A stretch of DNA of 64,000 nucleotides from a virus. Under the pieces are notes generated by a model. The model worked only from the letters and a program-made list of their open reading frames with translations. It searched no databases and was not told where the DNA came from. Shown piece by piece: positions 36,501-45,200 of the stretch (its first letter is position 1; each line of letters begins with the position of its first letter). The stretch spans positions 3,552 through 67,551 of IMG/VR virus record IMGVR_UViG_3300028836_000025. The stretch is one strand, 5' to 3'. The translations under genes were made by a program, and so were the position numbers.

Positions 36501-37301
36501 AGTACCCATAGTAACTACAGATGTAGTTAAAAATTGTGGAACAAACCCAGGGTTTTGGGCTATAGCTTTAAGTGTGCCCCATATCCCACCACCCTCTTCA
36601 GCTTGAGTTTTCTGGAACTCAACCTGCTCTCTAGTAGGGTCCAGAGCATCTATATCTTCTGCGGCGGTTATATAGGCTTGCAAATCCTCATCTGATATAC
36701 TAGCTCCCTGCCTGTAAACATCGAAAGCCTCATCAACGCTTCCACCAGTCGCGTATCCCTGTTGAGCGGATACCCATAAATCTTCAAAGAAACCACCATC
36801 TTTAGGTAACTGCATCTCCCCTACGGATGCCGCTGTGCCGACCCCGTTCTCCGGTGACCATTCTCCTTTTAAGTACTGGGTGAGTTGCGCCTGCTCCGAC
36901 TTATCAAAGCCCGTGCTATCAACCCCAACCGACCTATTACCTTCGCTATCAACTAATGTTGTTGTTATATTGGCTTTTCTTTGGGAAAAAGTTCTATATC
37001 TAAGCTCGTCGTCAGTCATAGGTCTAGAAGTATAACCTCTATCAGCTAATACCGGTGGTAGACCTGGACCTTTACTAGTCGGCTCTGCCACTACAGCCTC
37101 TTCACTGCTAGGCGGAGTTGCCACTGCCTCAAAGCCATATCTATTCTTAAAACTATCTAAGTCTTTAGAGTATAACTCTTTCTCGCTTAAGCCCTGGTGT
37201 AAAGCTTTAGCGCCTTCTTCATTCCCATACTTCTGTTGAAACTCCTCGAAAGATTTACTATATAAACCTTGTTCTTGGAGCTTTTGCCATAATTCTTCCA
37301 T
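27543..37301 (-). CDS. giant (3252 aa) modular internal virion/ejection protein (polyvalent-protein-like)
   Basis: Hydrophobic G/A-rich segments, HELLH zincin motif, YEHMIP, NPWCI, HAD DFDDT...FADD domain, C-terminal tandem C-x9-C-x10-C-x2-H fingers; follows two smaller ejection-type genes. Confidence 0.8.
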   Translation of the reverse strand: MEELWQKLQEQGLYSKSFEEFQQKYGNEEGAKALHQGLSEKELYSKDLDSFKNRYGFEAVATPPSSEEAVVAEPTSKGPGLPPVLADRGYTSRPMTDDELRYRTFSQRKANITTTLVDSEGNRSVGVDSTGFDKSEQAQLTQYLKGEWSPENGVGTAASVGEMQLPKDGGFFEDLWVSAQQGYATGGSVDEAFDVYRQGASISDEDLQAYITAAEDIDALDPTREQVEFQKTQAEEGGGIWGTLKAIAQNPGFVPQFLTTSVVTMGTSLTAPETIASAAGVAAGGATVGAGAGALATAWAGPGAVFGAGAGAITGGLAGATAGLVGAMETGLTLTDLLKEELGDLDFNKENVRAILEDEDAIDRIKSASLARGLTIGAIEGLTMGLSRGVGSSIVRLGKATGKRTAVKVAGATTSIEMGGGFVGEVGGQVAAGQEIDLGDATLEAIGEAKGIVNVSDILYKSLKGQTPKYKINGEVVSRKTVEDIVNNKNTAPEDLAKINIEVENDLNLNSFVQSKQNDAILETQIDAKVNDINDRKALVELEKKRAKAESDTKKKGVFAVPGADVKLEGVETQIADIINTYAKVDGRTKDVKARKKSAEAVKESVADKVFKSNLEFAKKHSVLYGLEVDDSLTIDQIKARYGEEAAASDGFIKGDKIIINKTVARATGAVNVGNHELLHGILRKAMKAGDISENVISELKTEIGSQWSTVEQRASENYTPEYMKANPDEWITLASDAIQNGDITYNESVFERIGNVIKPILRAAGFKQIKFDTGKDVYSFLKEYNKSIHKGALSSGIAKATKGKVEVDDTKTSMSSDQKKAAVKNVKELGTSHTNKSWRRGGSDAAIKEIKEQGYFDALIASKYKVKPVPRDFVEKVYSEMTPHIKRFKPEQNDNLFAYINSQIGNKAGNVYNSEYKVDEAMRGSKDIDAKTSEGAPVIQIAAETDADVTSFEEQDMSMAAQARRTKLVEQGKSESDQYSGLRTELGLEESMMDKVRKAVAKTFGTKLPEVSSKKFKAALQKAFRTELKKPIQDMIGKSETYNEFLTKNFPIVFKFLPKETLLQMERNIAPENRIFTRSERITKSTEVDKLVSEGLLPKNTNRLSGPTLITKLPYPGSKKVMAFFRGQDMGDVLGYKVGASTLGTRKDKLAMEMGVELGFDATMETIQTPEVSNRRSDILDLTGQVQAENEVSIIGKQIDRDPGVKFSKSVRKLQPLERKTFYNNLPVLSKALKKVNPNDESAVIQVVRDVYGKHYPRSKVTALGKDIAKIVNRYGAINKRHANLNTKPEQTLNEYLTDNVKAAELALNLAEFLDLKGGDGKTLSFAESFDNVDKINTGRVEIVTLGEKWVKKYGKEKALMMLIHASGMYTTSAKIGRGNFVVKDGVAVEVGVKGDGAQRYQFFEDKKDWNKNVLKEIFGDDVQLTEAGNLKKTQTIDGKKINTSLLAETSKAAMVDRDYAGRKKQAAVSEQVTRDIAQHYKDQIKDGALDKEDFAMVMMGMASNMQSPLKRAANLGYIFKDKIGKKYKGKFRYEHMIPTNYMIMRLTDAYMNDGNVDLNALFKEYTVAVIPITMDNIFGEVKLTKVMPIGYIIGNNSTQRYYNMTTFGHPDLYAIESLNPKDKGKVYGEAAANTEFSIRDIAVRSKDSKVMDQAFKASRSGRGKIIKSIAEADIKTATSGINPDGYSNVRFSKSHRAEYEQRLINNRIGLKHNVWNKKIAKGLVDDLFKWLDSPSFHLDMESPIYAAKHKSKFEKLALHYMVHNKLRLPEDGFKVIEAERLAKAKKLDPFSFKNPNEIIEKYSEEVDGKKTTNPDEVAAFTNKQELKNGIVIYDIDDTRSDVIIPGAPYVRTPPAPGLLAVRDQVNQHFGKKSNPWCIVQSTDGKLTDSAEEYWDQYGNKQIIFKDGKLLAMKTESREGGFSDAGDVEFWSRDNVKYNEIPGNDHVDSQGRNVRGSFDEKTGKKLDTVYGATRGSVESGKIEVWSTYTPDGLSSVGDTFKEALSDLGIRKRKPVLFLESVERYNKDGELHGITEEHLSPQQLVNTGDHFASSLITVREYNNGAFVGSRVDYGDGQGLLPMQYADRARTFTDMEGDPVHVMFSKSSKGITVLDFDDTLATTKSNVLYTLPDGTKGKLNAEEFAKQGGDLLAQGVKFDFSEFNKVVKGETAPLFNKAMKLYGKFGADDMFILTARAPESAKAIKQFLDAQGLNIPLKNIVGLGRSEASAKANWIAEKVGEGYNDFYFADDAIQNVQAVKATLNKLEVKNKVQQAKIKFSMNTKRDLKWTETNFGTYNHANFKVGDNHYRITLKEPGGGGQWYLEFALLEGAKPSSKTGMEILDTGRAHEVISIVSNGVFDFIKNNEVDAITFASKETSRTRLYSRLTKFWASKLGWEWDEVGLSRAELKYYGKDTKYKSGTFIISKPDYQIKRGPSYYVNRPVKAMLNRFDVKGKVQQAKIKFSQTGGKKMSDIIDEGALDLDIILEQTKGVGRHKKFSAAKARQRGKNKGKFKFFVPPSADDFAGLMYAFMGKGKQGDKHHAWFKENLFDPFSKGMRRHKIMQQQAASDMKKLRKAMPDVRKKLNKKVPGTEYAYEDAIRVYNWAKAGLDIPGLSKADATALVNAVESNAQALAFAQGVNSVSDAAGGMVDPGAHWTGGNMALDLKEALDAARGTHLQQWVDNKNIIFPEANMNKIEAVYGSNFREALEDSLWRMENGGTRSKGGRIVNNFTNWIHGSIGTTMFLNARSAMLQMISNVNFVNWSDNNMLKAAGAFANQPQYWKDVAMIMNSPFLKQRRSGIQTDVNAAELLAQVKDSNNKFKAATAYLLQLGFTPTQVADSFAIATGGATLYRNRIKTYLKEGMMQAEAETKAFEDMMEIAEETQQSTREDKISQQQASPLGKFILAFQNTPMQYNRLIKKATLDLVNGRGDTKANISRIVYYGTIQNMIFYGLQQALFAALFSDDEEDQITDKKKEKVINGMIDTILRGSGIAGVGVATIKNVILKFMKESEKMDDGVFYTDPDWGNVVIEGLNMSPPIGIKARKIYSGLKTWEYNKDVIDHMSKADIDNPIYDAAFSGTEAVTNLPLSRVYNKVQNISESLDAEHETWKRVAMLLGWSKWSFGIKNQDVVAAKGEVKEIKAVEKEERKEKKKIERAIEKEAEEAAIEEGFIKDQKQERKKGKKTTCAAVNKAGERCSLKPVGNGTFCTIHQKVKQNTTGKKTQCSHVKKDGKRCKMKTSSSSGLCYYHD
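29914..29940. repeat. 27-bp exact direct repeat, copy 1 (within KVQQAKIKF coding)
   Basis: AACTTGATCTTAGCCTGTTGGACTTTG, identical at 30469-30495. Confidence 0.9.
30469..30495. repeat. 27-bp exact direct repeat, copy 2
   Basis: Identical to 29914-29940. Confidence 0.9.
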
Positions 37302-37318
37302 GTAGAATATTTTAAGGT

Positions 37319-38701
37319 TTAATCAAACATTGCTCCATCTAACAAACCTGACGGCCCCGCTTGCCCCTCTAATATACGAAAGAGTTCCACGTATTCCTTA
37401 CTTTTACCTTTCATAAAATCTCTCACTTTTATGGCGGTCTCGGGATTCGTTGGGTTATAATTATACATCCACTCCCCTTTGTCATTTTTTGAATACTGGC
37501 TAAGTGATCCAAAATCTTCTTTCCCCCCTATTACTATAGGTTTTCTTTTAGCCTCGTACCGTTTTGTCCGCTCCTGTTGTTTTAATAGCTTTTCCCTTTT
37601 CTCCCATTCCGCTATTTGCACGGCTGCCGGCACTTCCCGCGCGCCACTTGTTTTACTTGTAGTCTTAGTTTGATGCTCGGCCCGACCTTGTTCCCAAGCT
37701 ACCTCTTGCTGTGCCGTTTGCCACTCCGCTAGATAACCTCTCGCAACGCCCGGGTCCTGCTCCATAGCGTCGATGATCACGTCCATATCGGTGTCAATTA
37801 ACGCTTTCATTTTAGCCACCTCCTTATCGTCGATACTACCGTCATTGTTCCCAATTACGTCAGCAAACTGTGTTATCATGTCGGGGTGTGATTTAATATG
37901 CTCTGCGAAAGTGCCTCCCCCTCCGAAGTCTTCTCTTATTAGAGCCGGGATCATATCGTCTGTTATGTTAATCTCGTTGTTCCTTTGGGTACTGTTTTTA
38001 TTAAACGGTTTACCAGACGCCCCAAGCTCCATACTAGCCTGTATAGTCACCATGAAATCTTTTTCCTGTTTAAGGGGCTTGACGCCTTTAGCAAGCATGT
38101 CATCAACCTCCCTACGGGTCATAGTTCTAGTCTTACCGTTTTTCAGTTTAATATCAAACACCATCTCCCCTTGATCACCAAACCTCACGGTAGCAGTTTC
38201 CCCATCAAGTTTCGTCAACGCTTTAATTATCTCTCTATTCTCCGCATTTTTCGGACCTAAGAAAGACTGACTCCAGCCTACCCCATCGTGTATCTGCTTA
38301 GCGGTTTCCATGGTCCCTTTCCACCCCTGCAAGCCAGAAGATCTAGAGCCCTGGTCTTTAAGCATGCGCTTTTGCTTCTGCCTGTCCCCTTTTCTAACGG
38401 CCTCTAAGTACTCATCTTTGTAGCTTGCCTCTATAGTTTGGAACTGGTCGAACAGCTCTCCCGATGCCCACGCCCCTTTATCATCCATGGCGTCGAACCC
38501 AACGTCCCACGCTTCTTCACGCGACGCGGTATCCTCTTGCTTCTCTACTATTTGCTCTTCTACTCCTTTAACAATACCTTGCAAAGCTTCTGCGCCTGCG
38601 GCTTTCGCTAGGTGCTCTTGGGCTTTTCCACCTATCCCAGCACCTTTAACCGCCGCTAAAGTCCCGCTACTTAATCTATAATTTACTCCTGATTCTGCCA
38701 T
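37319..38701 (-). CDS. putative internal virion (ejection) protein
   Basis: 460-aa helical, charged protein between the small ejection protein and the giant protein. Confidence 0.6.
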   Translation of the reverse strand: MAESGVNYRLSSGTLAAVKGAGIGGKAQEHLAKAAGAEALQGIVKGVEEQIVEKQEDTASREEAWDVGFDAMDDKGAWASGELFDQFQTIEASYKDEYLEAVRKGDRQKQKRMLKDQGSRSSGLQGWKGTMETAKQIHDGVGWSQSFLGPKNAENREIIKALTKLDGETATVRFGDQGEMVFDIKLKNGKTRTMTRREVDDMLAKGVKPLKQEKDFMVTIQASMELGASGKPFNKNSTQRNNEINITDDMIPALIREDFGGGGTFAEHIKSHPDMITQFADVIGNNDGSIDDKEVAKMKALIDTDMDVIIDAMEQDPGVARGYLAEWQTAQQEVAWEQGRAEHQTKTTSKTSGAREVPAAVQIAEWEKREKLLKQQERTKRYEAKRKPIVIGGKEDFGSLSQYSKNDKGEWMYNYNPTNPETAIKVRDFMKGKSKEYVELFRILEGQAGPSGLLDGAMFD

Positions 38702-38704
38702 GAT

Positions 38705-39463
38705 TTATTGCATTATTTTCCAGTCATACCACTCCTGTGTGCCATATGGGGGTTCTACATTAGTGTTCGAGTTTGTGCTCATCCCTCCAAGTTGGCCAAG
38801 AAGATCACTTGTGGTACCTTGCGTACCGTCAGGTAGCGCGCCTGTTTCTAAACTCTTATCACCACCCCATCCACCAGCTTGTCCTGCGAAACTGGTTACC
38901 CCAGCAGCAGCATCACCTACACCTGCCCACATCTGCGCTTGACCAGCGGCTTGTGCGGTGTTAGCGTTCTGTACATCTCCGGCAGACATCCCCATCATAG
39001 ATTCAATTTTACCGAACTTCATATTTCTACTCATAACCTCTCCACCTTGTACTCTAGCTTCATCTTGTGCTTGTAGTTTTTGGTTAGCAGCTTCTTGTGC
39101 TCCGATACTAGCACTAGATTTCTGAGCTTGCAAAGAACCTTCGTTAGCTAAAGTCTGAGCCAAAGCCGCTATACCAGAACCACCAGCCGCGCCACGCATC
39201 TGCTGCATAACATTGGCTTGACTTTGCATAGCCTGTTGTTTTGAGAATTCAGCCTCTTGAGTGTTAACTTTTAAATCCTCCATAGTGTTTGAGTATGGAT
39301 TGCTAGTGTCTAAAGCCGCAAAAGCTTGCTTGTGCTTATCCATCTCCTCTCGAGCTTTACCAGCCTCGATCTTCGCAGCCTCGGCAGCTTTACTACCCTG
39401 TACCGCTTTGTATACCCCTAAACCAGCGGATATCACAGCGGATGCAGCTATTACAAAACTCAT
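38705..39463 (-). CDS. putative DNA ejection/pilot protein
   Basis: Hydrophobic N-terminus, A/Q/G-rich coiled coil, GGSGIAALAQ. Confidence 0.65.
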   Translation of the reverse strand: MSFVIAASAVISAGLGVYKAVQGSKAAEAAKIEAGKAREEMDKHKQAFAALDTSNPYSNTMEDLKVNTQEAEFSKQQAMQSQANVMQQMRGAAGGSGIAALAQTLANEGSLQAQKSSASIGAQEAANQKLQAQDEARVQGGEVMSRNMKFGKIESMMGMSAGDVQNANTAQAAGQAQMWAGVGDAAAGVTSFAGQAGGWGGDKSLETGALPDGTQGTTSDLLGQLGGMSTNSNTNVEPPYGTQEWYDWKIMQ

Positions 39464-39466
39464 AAC

Positions 39467-39964
39467 CTATTTATTTTTAATATATTCTTCATATTCCTTA
39501 TAACTTATTGCTACGATGTCTCTCTCTAGTTTATCCACATCCTCAGTGTTCTCAGGATTTTTATGTGTGTTATACCATATAGAATCTTCGTGCGCGTATA
39601 ATACTCTTTTAATCCCTGGCGTAGATACAATAAAACATGGAGCTATATGATCTATAGTCTCCTCTTCATTCATAACGGTTATCTTACCTGTAAGTAAGAA
39701 ACACATATGTAAGTGCTTATGTATAGCACCCACCACAACGGTATCTTTATACATAGTCATTTCCCTTACGTAAACCCCATCCATAAAGAAGTGCCTAATG
39801 GGGATTAACTCACTATTTGTTACTATAGGTTTATCGTCTGTGCCCGCAACTATAGTATCGCCGTTTGCCATGCTTTTCAAAGCCTGCTCTAAATCCACAA
39901 CAGCCGATCTAAAATCAACCGCCACTTCTGCGCTAGGCCTTTTCTGTAATGTGTTGTCAGCCAT
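39467..39964 (-). CDS. cupin-fold protein
   Basis: HFFMDGVYVREM...VVGAIHKHLH...GKI...PGIKR...W.NTH. Confidence 0.7.
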   Translation of the reverse strand: MADNTLQKRPSAEVAVDFRSAVVDLEQALKSMANGDTIVAGTDDKPIVTNSELIPIRHFFMDGVYVREMTMYKDTVVVGAIHKHLHMCFLLTGKITVMNEEETIDHIAPCFIVSTPGIKRVLYAHEDSIWYNTHKNPENTEDVDKLERDIVAISYKEYEEYIKNK

Positions 39965-40010
39965 TTAATTTAATTCAATTGTACTAATATATAGTTACAC
40001 TTTTTAGCTC

Positions 40011-40373
40011 TTATTTACTACTCTCAAACGTCTCTGTACCTATACTGAACAATTCAGCTTTATCCTCGTCATCACATACGAACTTTGTTTCCGCGTAGTA
40101 CCCTAACAAAGAGCTCATATTTGCTTTTTCACTTTTAGCAAATAGTATAAAACTATCATCAGGTATAGTGGCACCAAGACCGGTGCTACATATAATACTA
40201 GGTGTGTTGGATGTAGGGTTATTTATCTCTCTAATTTGACCTATCTCAACTAAATTGTCTTGGACGTTTACAGTAAACCCACCGCGAGTCTCAGTGGTAG
40301 CGGCATACGCGAAATCCCCAACTTGGCAGGACGCATTTAAAGGGTTTGTAAAGTGTATTGTTATGCTAGCCAT
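40011..40373 (-). CDS. hypothetical tail protein
   Basis: NASCQVGD...SSLLGYYAE...ELFS..E.FESS; tail cluster. Confidence 0.65.
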   Translation of the reverse strand: MASITIHFTNPLNASCQVGDFAYAATTETRGGFTVNVQDNLVEIGQIREINNPTSNTPSIICSTGLGATIPDDSFILFAKSEKANMSSLLGYYAETKFVCDDEDKAELFSIGTETFESSK

Positions 40374-40375
40374 TA

Positions 40376-42244
40376 TTAAGTTACGGTTATCATGTCATCG
40401 ATAAACATGTAGATCTTTGAGGTGTTATCTAGTTTAGAGACATTTAAATATCCTGAGATAATTATATTATCACTTTTCTTTTCAACGCTCAACTGTTCAA
40501 TTGCTATGTTGGGGTTACCTTTGCCCCCAAAAGCTATGTCATCCTCATCAATTACCCCCGAGTGTGCTTGGTTTAAGGTAATTGTATTAGTGCTATAAGA
40601 GACACTATTAACAGTTGTATTTGACGGTATCCCGGTTCCCGTAACAACCATAAATGGAAAAATCCCGTTAGTGTCTAATACCACTAAACTAGAGGCGCCA
40701 AGTTGGTTTCCATCAACTTGCTGTACTACTTTTTTCTGTAAACCCCACACGCTGCCACCATGTTTATTAGAGGAGTTGACGTTTAGAGTATTCGGCGAGG
40801 AATTTGGAAGCACTGTAAACGAAAACGGAAGTACGTTCCCTGCTTTAGTAAAACACTTTAAGCTATGATCTATAGCACCCTCTGTATTTTTGTTCAAAAT
40901 AACATAATCCCCTTTGATCTGTTTTATAACTGTATTGTTAGGTATGTTATTACCTGATATATACATCCCAGATTTTAATTTAGAACCTTTAGAAGACATA
41001 GCTAACTTATTAGAGGCGTTAGGTGCTTTGGCTCTAAATGTAATAGTATTAACCTTCGGGGTTTCGTAGGTGTCTCCAGAGTATCTAATTGGCCGCGTGA
41101 TAGAGAGCTCACTGGGTAACGTGCCAAAATTACTACTTGTTTCAGTTAATAATGCTATATCAACTGTATTTGTTCCGTGTTGAGACACTTTTAAACCCCC
41201 TGCGGAAGTCGGCACGTCTGCCCCCAAAGTAGCTCCACCCACACTTGTTATAATTATATCAACGTCAGAAGAAGTAGACGCCTCAGGGACAGTTAATAGG
41301 TGAGCACCTATACCGCTAGCGGGTATGGTCCCAGCTTCACTAGCCACAGATGAACCATATGTCCCGTCCCAATTGTAGTAGTCGTTAGATGTAGTGTTTT
41401 GCGCGGATATAGTATACTGTGTGTCTGCGTCGCCTAAAACCTTAATAGGGACTTCGCCGCCCTTTGCCCCAATTTTCCCATTAAGAGCTACGTTGGTAAC
41501 TGTATTACTGGTAGAGGTGTTTTCAGGATTAATCGTAAAACCTATATTAAACTTGTTGTTGAAGTCACAAGCTGAGAACGATTGTGATGATGTGGTTTCG
41601 CTATAGCGTATAGTTGTGTACCACCCACTTATTCCTTGAAACCATTGCACGCCTACATAAAAAGAATCCTCAAACCCCTCGTCAGGTTCTACAATAGCGA
41701 AGGGAGCTTGCAGAATATAACCAGCGTTTGCTTGAACTGTTAGAGTTGCCAATAGATGATCACTCATCCCGTTCTCGTAATGCCAAACCTTTTTTATGTG
41801 GTTAACACCTGCGCTACCTGATTGTATAGTGCTAGCTGTATTGCTATGCGTATCTAGGGTTACCGTTGCGTTAGCAGAGTAAGGGTATTCTATAGTTACG
41901 CACGCTCCATTTACGTTGTTCGTAACAGGGTTAAGAGGGTTCTCATCTATATCTATAAATATATCAGAGTCTGCGTTAAACATAGCACTCTCACAAGTTG
42001 CTGTAGCTCTTACGTTTAACCCGTCTTGAGAGAACGCCACACTAGTGACTATATTATCTACATTACCTCCAATCCATGTATTACTAGTCGTCTCTTCCGC
42101 TCCACCTATAATAAAATTCTCAGGGGTTATGCTATAACCTGCAACTGGAGTTATAGTAACATACAGGAGAGTTGAAAACTCATGCGATTCTCCGATAGGC
42201 ACCGCTGTGTCTGGGTGTAATGTATCTGCATTCCAATTTGGCAT
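40376..42244 (-). CDS. putative tail structural protein (beta-rich)
   Basis: 622 aa, S/T/N-rich; repeated GM...G..IP.NT.(V/I) motifs. Confidence 0.6.
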   Translation of the reverse strand: MPNWNADTLHPDTAVPIGESHEFSTLLYVTITPVAGYSITPENFIIGGAEETTSNTWIGGNVDNIVTSVAFSQDGLNVRATATCESAMFNADSDIFIDIDENPLNPVTNNVNGACVTIEYPYSANATVTLDTHSNTASTIQSGSAGVNHIKKVWHYENGMSDHLLATLTVQANAGYILQAPFAIVEPDEGFEDSFYVGVQWFQGISGWYTTIRYSETTSSQSFSACDFNNKFNIGFTINPENTSTSNTVTNVALNGKIGAKGGEVPIKVLGDADTQYTISAQNTTSNDYYNWDGTYGSSVASEAGTIPASGIGAHLLTVPEASTSSDVDIIITSVGGATLGADVPTSAGGLKVSQHGTNTVDIALLTETSSNFGTLPSELSITRPIRYSGDTYETPKVNTITFRAKAPNASNKLAMSSKGSKLKSGMYISGNNIPNNTVIKQIKGDYVILNKNTEGAIDHSLKCFTKAGNVLPFSFTVLPNSSPNTLNVNSSNKHGGSVWGLQKKVVQQVDGNQLGASSLVVLDTNGIFPFMVVTGTGIPSNTTVNSVSYSTNTITLNQAHSGVIDEDDIAFGGKGNPNIAIEQLSVEKKSDNIIISGYLNVSKLDNTSKIYMFIDDMITVT

Positions 42245-42263
42245 ACCTAGTACTTTTTATTTA

Positions 42264-45200
42264 TTAATCCCATATCGTTCCTGAGCTGCTTGAGCTACTA
42301 TTTTTTAGTGTGACTGTTACGTCTCCAGTTTCTGTGCCAGAGTACGAGGTAGACGAAGCTACTCCTAAACCTTGGGTGGCGAATCTATCTAGTTTAGGAA
42401 AAGCTAGCGCATCATTTCCAGTTGGCACTCCAAACCATTTCCCTTCTTTTTCTTTAAACTCTATCACGCCTCCAGTCTCCATGTCTGTAGTAACGCTTTC
42501 TACATACCATCCTTTTCTATCCGCTAAGTTAAAGTACTCTCCGTCGTAAGTTGTCTCGTTGATATCTAAACCCTCGTTAACACTATAGTCACCTGTTAGA
42601 ATACTATCTTCTGAATATTCAAATGCTGTAATTTTAGCCCTAGACCCTTCGTAATTCATAGTGTTAAAACTCTTAACACTTCCTTGCGTATCACTGAATA
42701 TAACGGTAACAGTAGAGGGTATTGAATCCTCCCCGTAGAAAGAGTTGTGCACTGAATTATGATGGTGCTTCCATAAATTACCTTTTGCAAACGTATAAAA
42801 CTCATTGTTTAAACTCACCCCGGTTTCAGGTAGAAAGCTTTTGAAACTTACCCAAGATTTACTCATCTCACTATATGATACAGTGTTTTGTAAAGGTGTA
42901 CTTAAGTTGTATTCTCTAGTCTTATCGTCAAATGTACCTACTAAAGGACTTCCATTAGCTATAGTCTTTAATCTTAAGAAGTAACTCTCCATACCATAAC
43001 TAGATATGGGCCTTACGCCTTCTGTTGACAAAGCTAAAACTCTACCGCGTGAAGCGTCTGTAAAGTACGCTGTAGCTGGGGCCACAGCTAAAGATTCTGG
43101 GTTTTTAGATATACCGTAATCCCCCGCATAAGGCTGAGTGTTACCCACTACTTTACTACTAGCTATTACATTTGCACTACCGTCAGCATTGTATAAAACA
43201 TCTTTGTTGGTTTCACCTCTAAGAACTTTATCTTCACAGAACATAACTAACCTAGTGTCTCTATTTAATAATCTCTGTATACTGCCGTAGGACGGGTTAA
43301 GATCTTTAGTTATAGCCTCAGCCATGATAAACTGATTTGTATCATTAACACCCGACGTAGAGTTGTATATACCTGACCATATCAAACCGTGTTTTCTCCT
43401 CTCTTCTTTTATTTGCTCTGCTAAAACTGTAGAAGCTTTAACCCCGTTGTCCACTTGCGGGGCATTGTAATCGTCACGTATTCTATCAGACTCAACACCG
43501 TTACCAAAACTCCAGCAGTTGCTCCATTTTAACGTATGTTTCAACTGGTAAATCTGGCTTGTATCATTTATAGTAACCTCGTCAGAACTACTGATACAGG
43601 ACAAAGATATTTTAGTGACTCTACCGTTAGGAGTTGTCACATTAAACTCCCCGTCTATATCATCATCTCCAGCCAAGTTACTTGTTAACTTTAACTTATT
43701 CCATAGACTCCAGCTCTCTACAGTGTTTATACTACCATCTGTTACGAATGTAGAACCTGAAGGTATTAAATCCTCGTTTTCGTTCTTACTACTCTTTAAT
43801 CTAAGAGGAATGATATCACTAGCTTGGTAGTATATATCTATATCAACACTTTCCTTCGGTTTAGTCTCCCATACAGCTGGGTTCCGAGTAAACCCGCCAC
43901 TAATATCGTTACCATCGTCATCTACAGTTGTGGGAGTTAGAATTTGAATAGCGTCAAAATCTGATCCATCGTGACGCAGCGCTCTAGTTATCTCTGTGAA
44001 ATCGTCTGGATTTTTAGTGCCTGTAGTAGGATCGTATTCTTGGATGCCTTTACCGAACGGCTTATTAACCTTGAGTGTCCACCGTTGTCGTAGGTTCATA
44101 GGTTCCCACTGCCCCTCCGCGCTGTTTGTTCTGTAATTCCTTATTCCATAATGCCCATGCCGATATTCAGACACAGGAAATCCTGACCATGTATATGGTA
44201 TACTAGAGTGATCCCATCCGTTTGCGTCTCCTAAATTCTCATTATTGTTTGTATAGAAATTGCCGTTTTGAGGAGGATTAAGTAAATCCGTCATAAACTC
44301 CACGGTATATACTGAATGATCTGGATCACGAGAGAACCTAAATTTACAGCCAGGGTTAAAGAGAGTTTCTATAAACCCTTTCTGCAATTGGTAGTTAGCA
44401 TCATACTCTATCCTATTTATATTACCTACGTATTCAGTGAGCCACCAATCACTCTCACCGTCTTGATTTAATGTATTAATATTAACAGATAAGTAATGAG
44501 GACTTTGCGTAAAACCTGTCCAAGATATATCCATATATCCATTTGTCTCAGTGTTCCATAAACCTCTACTAGGTAACCCATGCGGGTCTCCTGGGTTATT
44601 GTATAGAGTGTCATCGAAAACATTGGATATACCATATTTGATAATATTACGAACCGCCCATTCATTATACACGCTTGGCTGGTCCCAGAAATTATTACCC
44701 CCACTTGTCACATCAAATCCAAACCCATAATCCCCAGTTGATTGTTGGGCTGATATATCAATTTGGTCTTGAGTGCTACCTACAACACCGTTCCAATAAC
44801 CCTCGTCATATCCACCGCCATCGCCGCCGTCGTAGTAGTTGCCTGGAAGGTGCCGATCCATACCACTCCACGAAAACGCCGAACACCTATCTATGAAAAA
44901 TGTCCCATGTTTCTCAGCCCAGAAATTGCGAGCACTTTCAGCACCACCATTAAGAGCGTCATGCGTGTTAGTTGTTAAATTCGTTGCAGTAGGTAGTGTA
45001 GGGCCGTTGGCGTCAAATGCATCACCCCACACATAGGGTGATTCCCCATCAGGTATAGAGTTAGTGTGTTCTGTAGGGTGGTTTGCGTTAGCAAGAGCGT
45101 TACTAGCATCTCCATGCCAGTGTCCAGGAGATATAAATGACATGGGTTCAGAACCCTCTAGTGTAGTGTAGCAATTATTGTTTATGTAACCTATCTTCTC

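Noticed and set aside
27543-37301. crAss- or N4-type virion RNA polymerase
   Set aside because: I found no DxDxD-type catalytic motif in an RNAP context; DFDDT is a HAD motif, and the phage encodes a sigma factor instead.
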